This document shows, piece after piece, positions 1 through 8,405 of a DNA stretch of 64,000 nucleotides. The notes beneath the pieces are model-generated. The model worked only from the letters and a program-made list of their open reading frames with translations. It was not told the DNA's origin and did no database searches. Where the stretch lies: NCBI GenBank assembly GCA_963791045.1, contig CAWBQK010000006.1, positions 128,001 to 192,000 on the forward strand, given 5' to 3'. Numbering within the stretch: position 1 is the stretch's first letter; every line of letters begins with the position of its first letter. A program made the position numbers and the translations under genes. Source of the DNA: Candidatus Latescibacterota bacterium (lineage in GTDB: Bacteria; Krumholzibacteriota; Krumholzibacteriia; WVZY01).

Positions 1-2
1 GT

Positions 3-623
3 GTGGTCTTTGGTCTTTTGATCATCACCGCTCTGGTTGCATTTGAGATCTTCAACTTCAGCACCACTGATTTTGCATTAGTCGATCTTCTGGGTGATCT
101 TCGTTTCTGGGGCGTGCGCTGGGCCACGATCCTGGCCGTTGCCTTCTGCGGGATCGATTTCGCCGGGATCGCCCGGTTATTCACACCAGAGGGCAAAGTC
201 GGGGAACAGACCGAAAGCTGGTACCTGTTTGCTGCCTGGTTGATCGCTGCCACCATGAATGCTCTCTTGACCTGGTGGGGCGTTTCCATTGCCATTGCCA
301 ATCATGAGACCCTGGGAAACGCGGTGATCGCCCGTCAGACCCTGCTCAAGGTCGTACCGATCTTTGTGGCTGTCATGATCTGGCTCCTGCGGGTCTTGAT
401 CATCGGCCTTTTCTCTGTAGCCGGTGACCGTTATTTCGGTAAGGACCAGCTGAGTGTGGATTTCGCTCCATCAAACCGCAAAGCACAAATTTCCAGCCGC
501 AAGAAACCAGCTCCTGGTTACCGACCATCACCCAAACCGGCTGTACGTGCCCCTCAGCGTGAGCCCTCCTATCAGCCGCTCTCTGCTCAAGCTCAGGATG
601 ACTCTCAGTCCCAACTTCTATAA
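3..623 (+). CDS. Hypothetical multi-pass membrane protein (5' end probably cut by window edge)
   Basis: Four hydrophobic segments followed by a Pro/Ser/Lys-rich tail; ORF starts at the window edge. Confidence 0.7.
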   Translation: MVFGLLIITALVAFEIFNFSTTDFALVDLLGDLRFWGVRWATILAVAFCGIDFAGIARLFTPEGKVGEQTESWYLFAAWLIAATMNALLTWWGVSIAIANHETLGNAVIARQTLLKVVPIFVAVMIWLLRVLIIGLFSVAGDRYFGKDQLSVDFAPSNRKAQISSRKKPAPGYRPSPKPAVRAPQREPSYQPLSAQAQDDSQSQLL

Positions 624-663
624 GGTTAACCCTCATATCATAAGGACTTTGTGCCTAAATAAT

Positions 664-691
664 AAAACCGCTGGTCATTACCAGCGGTTTT
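664..691. terminator. Bidirectional intrinsic terminator
   Basis: aaaaccgctggt-catt-accagcggtttt, between a convergent CDS and tRNA. Confidence 0.8.
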
Positions 692-695
692 TGTG

Positions 696-769
696 TCGGG
701 ATGGAGGGATTCGAACCCACGGCCTCGCCGACCCGAACGGCGCGCGCTACCGGACTGCGCCACATCCCG
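696..769 (-). tRNA. tRNA-Pro(CGG), CCA not encoded
   Basis: Reverse complement CGGGATG...CATCCCG-A acceptor stem; anticodon arm CGCCG-TTCGGGT-CGGCG; T-loop GGTTCGAATCC. Confidence 0.95.
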
Positions 770-823
770 ATGCCGAGAGATTATAACTCAGCTTACCATC
801 TTCATCAAGCTTTTTGGCTCAGC

Positions 824-1498
824 CTACCAGTGATAAGCAGGATATTCCATTTCGGGTTTCTTAAGCACCTGTCCTAATATTACACCTGTTACAAATCCGC
901 CTATGTGAGCCCAAAAAGCAACGCCGCCAACATCCGGACCGCCCAGAGAAAGAAGGCCTTGTAGAAACTGCAGCCCGAACCAGACAATTAGAACAATACT
1001 GGCAGGAAGCATGGTCAATCTCAGCCAAAAACCCAGGGGAATTAACGTGAGGACTTTTTGTCTCGGGAAGAGGACCAGATATGCACCCAGGACAGCTGCG
1101 ATAGCGCCGCTGGCACCAACGGTTGGGATGATTGAATTTGGGTTAGTCAGGATATGGGTGATAGAAGCAACTACGCCGCCAACAATGTAGAAAATAAAAT
1201 ATTTTCCGCTGCCCAATCTGTCTTCGACGTTATCTCCAAAAATCCACAAATAGAGCATATTGCCGCCGATATGTGCTAACCCGGCATGCATGAACATGCT
1301 GGTGAAGATATTGAAAAGGCTGCTCAGTGACATCAGTGAGGTTACATTTGCAGGTATCAGAGCAAACTGATAAACGAAGGCTTCATTATTGGATCCAAGA
1401 AAGGTCTGAAAGATAAAGACCAGAATATTGATCAGGATCAAGAGGTAAGTGACTATAGGTACGCTGTGGGTGGGGTTTTCATCACGAATTGGGATCAT
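824..1498 (-). CDS. Rhomboid family intramembrane serine protease
   Basis: FMHAGLAHIGGNML, GASG catalytic Ser, AHIGG catalytic His. Confidence 0.93.
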   Translation of the reverse strand: MIPIRDENPTHSVPIVTYLLILINILVFIFQTFLGSNNEAFVYQFALIPANVTSLMSLSSLFNIFTSMFMHAGLAHIGGNMLYLWIFGDNVEDRLGSGKYFIFYIVGGVVASITHILTNPNSIIPTVGASGAIAAVLGAYLVLFPRQKVLTLIPLGFWLRLTMLPASIVLIVWFGLQFLQGLLSLGGPDVGGVAFWAHIGGFVTGVILGQVLKKPEMEYPAYHW

Positions 1499-1655
1499 TG
1501 GTGTTCCATAAATATTGAATATGTGAAGGTAATGCGATGGAGTGATTTTACCATAGGGATAGTTCAGAAGCAGAACAGCGGATTTAGGAAATAGTTCAAG
1601 GGTTTATGATAGGTGAGAGTTTGATGGACTTTGCATATTTGTTGGGAGATGCATA

Positions 1656-1684
1656 TTGCATAATAGTTTATTCTTCGTTATGAT
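1656..1684 (+). promoter_or_regulatory. Candidate sigma-70 promoter of the Flp pilin gene
   Basis: TTGCAT-N17-TATGAT. Confidence 0.5.
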
Positions 1685-1751
1685 GTGTACTAGTTATTCA
1701 GTACGCGAGACGTACACGAAAAAATCTATTTATTTATAAAGGAGACACACC

Positions 1752-1898
1752 ATGTTATTCGCACCTAAAGAAAAAGGCCAAGGTCTAGTTGAGTACGCGC
1801 TCATTCTTGTATTGGTCGCAGTTGTAGTGATTGTTATTCTCTCTCTGCTTGGCCCAGCCATTGGCAACATTTTCCAAAATATTGTTGACAATATCTAA
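1752..1898 (+). CDS. Flp family type IVb pilin (48 aa, absent from the ORF track)
   Basis: MLFAPKEKG/QGLVEYALILVLVAVVVIVILSLLGPAIGNIFQNIVDNI; G/xxxxEY prepilin motif; AAGGAG RBS. Confidence 0.92.
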   Translation: MLFAPKEKGQGLVEYALILVLVAVVVIVILSLLGPAIGNIFQNIVDNI

Positions 1899-1945
1899 GC
1901 AAACCTTATGTTTCTAGGCGGGTGACCGCCCCAATGCAACAAATC

Positions 1946-1978
1946 CTAAACCCTACCTATTGGTAGGGTTTAGCTTTT
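1946..1978 (+). terminator. Intrinsic terminator after the pilin
   Basis: ctaaaccctacc-tatt-ggtagggtttag followed by ctttt. Confidence 0.75.
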
Positions 1979-2096
1979 ATTGGGATGGACTTCATTGCAG
2001 TATGTGTTGAGAATTATATTAGGTGTGTTTAGAACTTTTTCCCGAGCTGATTCTGATGAAATTCATGCCAAACATAATTTTCTCTTATCTGCAGGG

Positions 2097-2342
2097 TTAT
2101 TTCTTTACCGCTCGATAGATCACGATAACAAGGACTGCACCTGCAAAGGCAACCAGAATGCTTGTGAGATTAAATCCACTAATTAGATCTACTCCGAGAA
2201 GCAGACTGGTAATCCAGCCGCCTACAATGGAGCCTGCTATACCCAACAGTATATCGACTAAAGCACTGGTATCAGCTTTCATTACACGGGAGGCCAATAA
2301 ACCTGCGATAAGACCAACCACAATGGTAGCTATAAAACCCAT
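2097..2342 (-). CDS. GlsB/YeaQ/YmgE (transglycosylase-associated) small membrane protein
   Basis: Gly-rich 3-TM pattern IVVGLIAGLLA...ILLGIAGSIVGG...AFAGAVLV. Confidence 0.9.
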   Translation of the reverse strand: MGFIATIVVGLIAGLLASRVMKADTSALVDILLGIAGSIVGGWITSLLLGVDLISGFNLTSILVAFAGAVLVIVIYRAVKK

Positions 2343-2457
2343 GATAATTCTCCTTTATTAATCTGATAGAAAACAAATAAGTATTGAAACAATATTCTGC
2401 CCCCAATATCAAGTTAGGGTCATGATGTACGAAAGAACATAACTTGAATTTGTGAGC

Positions 2458-2898
2458 CTACAAACTCTCAACCAGTTTTCTAAGATTGTGAACCGTTTTT
2501 TTGACCTGGATTGCGTCCTTTGGATTTCCTCCTGATACAAAACGGCCAAGAATACCACCCCCGCTGAGGGTGTCCAAAGTGTATTCCACTTTACATTCAT
2601 CTTCCCCAAGGCCAAGAAATTTTCCTACAGGCTTAAGTTTAAAGTCGTGTGCATCTTTGTCATTGCCAACCTGAGTGACGATTTCCAGTTCTTTCTCGGG
2701 TTTGAATTTTTGGATCATCCCTGTGCCTTTTCTATCCTCGCTATTCCACTCAAACGATGCGCCATTTCCTAGAGGGGTAACATTCGAAACATTGTCAACG
2801 CCAGGAAACCATCGTGGCCAATAATCAGGGTTGACAAGAGCTTCCCATACGGTTTTTACTGTTGCATCGATTTCTACTTCACGTTCAAATTTAGCCAT
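2458..2898 (-). CDS. SRPBCC/START-like (polyketide cyclase) family protein
   Basis: EVEIDA...VWEAL.NPDYWPRWFP signature; start at MAKFERE after a GGAGA RBS. Confidence 0.8.
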   Translation of the reverse strand: MAKFEREVEIDATVKTVWEALVNPDYWPRWFPGVDNVSNVTPLGNGASFEWNSEDRKGTGMIQKFKPEKELEIVTQVGNDKDAHDFKLKPVGKFLGLGEDECKVEYTLDTLSGGGILGRFVSGGNPKDAIQVKKTVHNLRKLVESL

Positions 2899-3143
2899 AA
2901 TCTTCTCCAATAGGATGTCTTTGAAACCAGGCCGCAATTCTTAAAAAAATGCGGATATCTGGCACGATTCTGTATTTGTGCATATTAGTTATAACACTTC
3001 AACGAAAATTGGTGCAAAACCAATTTATTTTTTTTCAGCTTGAGAAATAAATTAAATGAGATCAATTTAGGCGGCAGCTCACAGGTGATACGCAGATCAC
3101 CTGTGCAAGTCAAGATCAAGTTCGAATGTTTATTCATTGCATA

Positions 3144-3797
3144 TCAGGAACCCTCTGATATTTTCAAATAACTTTTGATGGCCTTATCAAGTTTTGCTGG
3201 TTTAAAATCGTAAGGACCCAGACCCCCGCCATAAACGATCCTCCCATCCAAGCTGACCAGGTATAACCGCGTTGGCCAGGCGGCATAGCTATCATTCACA
3301 AAGTCATCCATCTCGTCAACATAGGTATGGACACCGTATTTTAGTGCGGTCTCACACTCTCCCGCCACTGATCGCCTTTCCTCCAGAGTTTTAGGGTCAT
3401 AATGCTCCATCGAAACCTTGGGAGCCATTTTGAGCATGATGTTTTTTGTAAGACGCCGCCCCAGCCACCAGCCATCAACTGGATGTGCCTCGCGAATGTA
3501 AATGCTCAGGAACTGGACCTGCTCATGATATTTTTCATAGAGCTGCTGGATACTCACGGTACCCTTGACATATGGAGGTCAGGTAAAGCTGCCAAAAACC
3601 AGGGCAACTGGTTTCTTTCCCTGGAAGTCCGAAAGGGTGACCGATTTTGTGCCAGAGACATCTTTGAGTGTGAAATCTGGCGCCAGGTCTCCAGCCTTAG
3701 GCGCTTTTTTGTTTAACGCCATTTGTTTTTTCATAACTTTGCTGCGAAAGCTAAATATAAATCTAAGGTCCTCATAAAGTTCAGCCAGAATTGCCAT
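3144..3797 (-). CDS. Iodothyronine-deiodinase-like thioredoxin-fold selenoprotein (TGA at 3581-3579 read as Sec)
   Basis: ORFs 3579-3878 and 3144-3557 are in one frame: GDLAPDFTL...VFGSFT-U-PPY...YIREAHPVDGW...YAAWPTRLY...GGLGP, matching deiodinase motifs. Confidence 0.88.
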
Positions 3798-4141
3798 TTT
3801 TGACTCCAATTGCAGATATATTTTATTATTGGTTTTGAAGTTTAGTTCTTTGGCCCTATGATGAATTGTATCTTGCAATCTGGGAGATTACCCCGCAATC
3901 TATATTGATTGATAAAATTTCTCGAATTTCGGTCCAATTCATAAGAATAGAATAGGAAATCCATACTTCTTGTTCCTTTTGATGAGTACCGTATAGAATC
4001 GATAGACTTCATTTTACCCCCTGAATTGAATAGACAATTTTTTCCTGTTCAACCGAGGTCAGGGGATTACCCAGTTTTCATAATTTTCATTACGCTAGAC
4101 TCTGGACAGGTCAGCCGTAGGACTCCAATCTATTTCAGTCC

Positions 4142-4169
4142 TTGACAGGCTTACAGCCTTTGGTACACT
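4142..4169 (+). promoter_or_regulatory. Sigma-70 promoter for the proS leader
   Basis: TTGACA-N16-TACACT with an extended -10 TG. Confidence 0.7.
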
Positions 4170-4178
4170 AACTTCATC

Positions 4179-4308
4179 ATGAATAAAAGGAACCAAGCAA
4201 AAGCCCCCGTCCCTAGCATCCTGATCCTGTAGATGGATTTTGGTCGCCTGGTGTTGGGTTTGTTCGATGTTACATATAAACCTCCGGACTAAAATTCCGG
4301 AGCTTTTT
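4179..4308 (+). promoter_or_regulatory. Candidate transcriptional attenuator of proS (17-aa leader peptide plus terminator)
   Basis: uORF 4179-4232 MNKRNQAKAPVPSILIL; terminator ctccgga-ctaaaat-tccggag-cttttt at 4282-4308; alternative pairings available. Confidence 0.55.
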
Positions 4309-4352
4309 ATTTATATTTGAAAGTAATTTAAAGCGAAGTTAGGAGAATCTCC

Positions 4353-6130
4353 ATGAGAATGTCCAAATTGCTCAGTCAAACACTCAGGGAAGCCCCGTCA
4401 GATGCGGAGATCATCAGCCATCAGCTGCTTGTTCGTGCTGGCTATATCCGCCAGATGGCAGCCGGGATCTTCACTGCCATGCCTCTTGCAAAACGTTCCC
4501 TGACCAAGATCGAGAATATCATGCGGGATGAAATGAACAAGATCGGTGGGCAGGAAATGTCCATGCCGGTAGTCCATCCGGCGGAGATCTGGCAGGCAAC
4601 TGGACGCTGGGAAAAAGTCGGTCCTGAAATGGGGCGCTTCCACGATCGCAACGGGCGCGATATGGTGTTGGCAATGACCCACGAAGAAGCGGTGGTATCT
4701 GTGTTAAGGATGAGGTCCAGTCCTACCGCCAGCTGCCTATGCTGATCTATCACATTCAGACCAAATGGCGTGACGACCCGCGTCCCCGGGCAGGATTGAT
4801 CCGGGTCAGGGAGTTCATGATGAAGGACAGCTACAGTCTGGATCGAGATTGGGCTGGATTGGACTTACAGTATGCCAATCATTACCAGGCTTACTTCAAT
4901 ATCTTTGGACGCTGCAAGCTTCCGGTTATCGCTGTGGAATCCGATGTGGGTATGATGGGTGGCAACCTGGCCCATGAGTATATGTACATTACCCCCATAG
5001 GAGAAGATACCCTGCTGTTATGCGATAAATGCGGCTATTCCGCTAATCGTCAGATCGCAGAATTTAGGAAGGTCAAGTATGAAGAAGAGAAAGTTCTGAA
5101 ACGCGAGAAGATCGCCACACCTGAGACGAAGACAATTGCAGACCTGGCAGAACTGCTGGAAATCCCCAAGAGTAAAACAGCCAAGGCAGTTTTCTTGATG
5201 GCAGCCAAATCAACCGAGGACGGTGAGATGGAAACACTGGTTTTTGCTATCGTGCGTGGTGATATGGAACTTAATGAGACCAAGCTGGTAAACGCTGTGG
5301 GTGCAAGGAGCCTCAGGCCTGCCGAGGAAGAAGAGATCAAAGCTTCCGGTGCTGTACCTGGATATGCATCCCCTGTAGGATTAAAGGATATCCTGGTAGT
5401 TGTGGATGACTTGATCCCAGACTCTCCAAACCTGGTTGCCGGTGCAAATGAAAATGGGTTCCACTTCAAGAATGTGAACTACGGCCGAGATTTTACTGCT
5501 GATATTGTGACAGATATTGCAGCCGCCCAAGATGGAGATGGCTGTCCAAATTGCGGCGCAGACATGAATGCTGTCCGCGGTGTGGAAGTTGGCAATATCT
5601 TCAAACTGGGGACCTGGTACAGTGAGGCGGTCGGAGCAAACTATCAGGATGCTGACGGAGACGAAAAGCCGGTCGTGATGGGAAGCTATGGTATTGGCAG
5701 CGGCCGATTGCTGGCTTCTGTTGCAGAGGAATATAACGACAAATATGGCTTGATCATGCCAATCACTATCTCTCCTTATGAGGTGCACCTGGTTGAATTA
5801 GTTGGTAAGAAAGATGAAAGTGGAGAAGTAAAGAGAGTAGCTGAACAGCTTTACAAGGATCTGACAGCAGCCGGTGTCGAAGTCCTGTTTGATGATAGGG
5901 ACGAAAGTCCCGGTGTGAAATTTAACGATGCGGATCTGATTGGTGTTCCACTCCGATTAACAGTGGGCTCACGAGCGCTGCAAGAAGGCGGTATTGAAGC
6001 CAAACTCCGCACTGAGAGTGAAAAGAGCTCTATTCCGCTTGATCAGGCCGTTGAAAAGGTGAAAGAGATTATTCAGGGTTTGTATCAAGATATTCTGGAT
6101 GATCTGGAAACAGTGGAGTTCGAGAGGTAA
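4353..6130 (+). CDS. proS: Proline--tRNA ligase (one frameshift near 4700, likely sequence error)
   Basis: SHQLLVRAGYI, MTHEE, RPRAGLIRVREF.MKDSYS, YbaK-like INS domain, GVEVGNIFKLG, MGSYGIG, DADLIG. Confidence 0.95.
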
Positions 6131-6141
6131 CTTCAAAGCAG

Positions 6142-6177
6142 CATAAAAGATCCTGCCAATCAGCAGGATCTTTTATG
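6142..6177. terminator. Bidirectional intrinsic terminator
   Basis: cataaaagatcctgc-caatca-gcaggatcttttatg between convergent genes. Confidence 0.85.
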
Positions 6178-6284
6178 TTTAATTTGATTCAAACGAGAGT
6201 GACCGATCACTTTGATTGAGATATAACAGGATCTGGGGCTTCTGTTTGAGGGTCTTATATTGCAGACCAGAAAACCAATAAAGT

Positions 6285-6617
6285 TTAACCACCCATCTTG
6301 AAGAAACTGGTTAATTTCATGGCCAGATTCAGGTCCCCGGCCAATTGGAGTTTACCGTCCATGAATCCTTTCATGCCGTCTTCTCTGCCGAGCAGTACAT
6401 CTCCAAAATATTTCCCATCTGCTGTCATGGACATGACAGGATTTTCTGCTACACCTTCTTCCACTTTACATTTATCGCCACCAATGGTGATGATATAGTC
6501 ACCCCCCTCGTCGCCGGTCAGATGGTATTGAACTACAGCTTCCAAACCGGCAGCTTTCTCTGGCATGAAAGCTTTCTCGTGATTGAAGATCAATTCTTTT
6601 ACTGTATATTCCGCCAT
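6285..6617 (-). CDS. SCP2 sterol-binding domain protein
   Basis: F.PEKAAGL.AVVQY.LTG..GG...FMDGKL.L.GDL.LAMKL; start MAEYTV after AAGGAG. Confidence 0.9.
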   Translation of the reverse strand: MAEYTVKELIFNHEKAFMPEKAAGLEAVVQYHLTGDEGGDYIITIGGDKCKVEEGVAENPVMSMTADGKYFGDVLLGREDGMKGFMDGKLQLAGDLNLAMKLTSFFKMGG

Positions 6618-6642
6618 TATTTTCTCCTTGATGTGATCCTGG

Positions 6643-7830
6643 TCAATTAATATTCTGGAAAATCGCCGCTGCGCCCATTCCACCGCCGATGCACATGGTC
6701 ACCAATCCAAATTCTTGATCCCTTCTCTTCAGTTCATAGATGATTTGGACTGATAATTTAGCTCCGGTGCATCCCAGGGGATGACCCAGAGCTATTGCGC
6801 CACCATTAACATTGGTGATCTCTTGGTTCAAGCCTAATTCCTTGATAACAGCCAGACCCTGAGCTGCAAAAGCCTCATTCAGTTCGATCAGATCGATATC
6901 CTTTAGGCTCATTCCAGTGCGTTCCAATACCTTGGGAACTGCAACGATAGGACCGATGCCCATAACGTCTGGTTCAACACCTCCGGCTGCGAATGAGATG
7001 AATCGCGCTAACGGTTTTAAGCCCAGGGCATCTGCTTTGGCTTTAGACATGATAATGACACCCGCGGCTCCGTCTGACATCTGGGATGAATTTCCGGCGG
7101 TGACTGTGCCGCCTGTTTTGAAAGCAGGCCTTAATTTGGCCAGGACTTCCAGGCAGGTATCACCGCGAGGACCTTCATCACGTTTAAAGGTGATCTGTTT
7201 TGTGCCGGCAGGTGAAACGATCTCAATTTCAAGAGGGACGATCTCTTCGTCAAAGCGGCCCGATTCCACAGCTTCATAGGCTTTCTTGTTGCTCTTGAGG
7301 GCGAACTCGTCCTGCATTTCCCTCGAGATCTTGTAGCGCTCACTAACATTTTCTGCTGTGATACCCATGCTGGTATATGCTTCTGGATAATCGTCTGCCA
7401 GGATCTGGTCCGGGCTGAATTTGTATCCGGTCATTGGTACCATGCTCATCACTTCAACGCCACCAGCGATTGCGGCGTCAATATATCCGGCTGATATCGC
7501 CTGGGCCGCGTGAGCGATGCTTTGTACTCCGGAGGAACAGAAACGGTTGACTGTTTCTGCAGGAATCTCTACGGGGAGTCCTGCGCGGAAACCTATTTGA
7601 CGGGCTATATTCATCCCCTGTTCACCTTCAGGAAAAGCACAGCCCACGATCAAATCATCCAGCTCATGGGGGTCCATATCCTGGGCCCGCTTGAGAAGTT
7701 CTTTTATAACAGCTGCTGCAAGTGTTTCCGGGCGAGTAGATTTCAGAGTTCCCCTCTTGGCCTTTCCAACTGCAGTTCTCGTAGCCGCAACGATCACTGG
7801 ATCATATCTGGGATCTTTTGGTTCTATCAT
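6643..7830 (-). CDS. fadA: Acetyl-CoA C-acyltransferase (thiolase)
   Basis: [25 protein letters not shown]. Confidence 0.93.
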   Translation of the reverse strand: MIEPKDPRYDPVIVAATRTAVGKAKRGTLKSTRPETLAAAVIKELLKRAQDMDPHELDDLIVGCAFPEGEQGMNIARQIGFRAGLPVEIPAETVNRFCSSGVQSIAHAAQAISAGYIDAAIAGGVEVMSMVPMTGYKFSPDQILADDYPEAYTSMGITAENVSERYKISREMQDEFALKSNKKAYEAVESGRFDEEIVPLEIEIVSPAGTKQITFKRDEGPRGDTCLEVLAKLRPAFKTGGTVTAGNSSQMSDGAAGVIIMSKAKADALGLKPLARFISFAAGGVEPDVMGIGPIVAVPKVLERTGMSLKDIDLIELNEAFAAQGLAVIKELGLNQEITNVNGGAIALGHPLGCTGAKLSVQIIYELKRRDQEFGLVTMCIGGGMGAAAIFQNIN

Positions 7831-7869
7831 AAAACTCTCCTTCACTTCCTGATCAGAATTCCCTGGGGA

Positions 7870-8405
7870 TTAATTGTGGAGTACCTTGCCTTTTTGAAGC
7901 AGATGCCACATTCTCTCCTGGGTTTTCTGTTCACCGCATAAACTGAGGAATGCTTCCCGCTCCAAATCCAGGAAGTATTGTTCATCTACCCACTCTGGTT
8001 GGGAAATATTCCCTCCGGTCATAACATGGATCAGTTTGCTGCCGATCACTTCTTCAAATTCAGTGATATACCCACCTGATCTAAAGCTGTGCAAACCGAC
8101 CTTCAAACCTGACAGGCCATCCCGACCAGCGGCATATATTTTTTCTGGTGGGGGAGGTTGATAACCACCCTGGGCCATATGAAGTACCTCGCGTTTGGCT
8201 TCAGCCAACAGATGATCGCGATTGATGATGATGCGGTCTGCAGGACTTAGAATACCCATTTCCTGGCCTTCAAGGGCACTTGTAGCAACTGCTCCCATAC
8301 CTACCTGCTCAAAAACACGCTGCAGATAAGGGAAACAGACTGCGTCATTGGTTCGCATGGGTGGACTGACGACCCTGCGGATCATTTCTTTGGTTCCACC
8401 ACCGG
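7870..8405 (-). CDS. C-terminal fragment of a FadN-type 3-hydroxyacyl-CoA dehydrogenase/enoyl-CoA hydratase, truncated at the junction
   Basis: AGGGTKEM...LDLEREAFLSLCGEQKTQERM.H.L..GK.L.N C-terminus, upstream of the thiolase. Confidence 0.85.

Noticed and set aside
4170-4352. T-box riboswitch before proS
   Set aside because: No GGTGGNACC T-box motif, and the leader is short for a stem I
4690-4745. Programmed frameshift or split proS
   Set aside because: No slippery heptamer seen; the gene is essential and the window has many similar indels, so a sequence error is more likely
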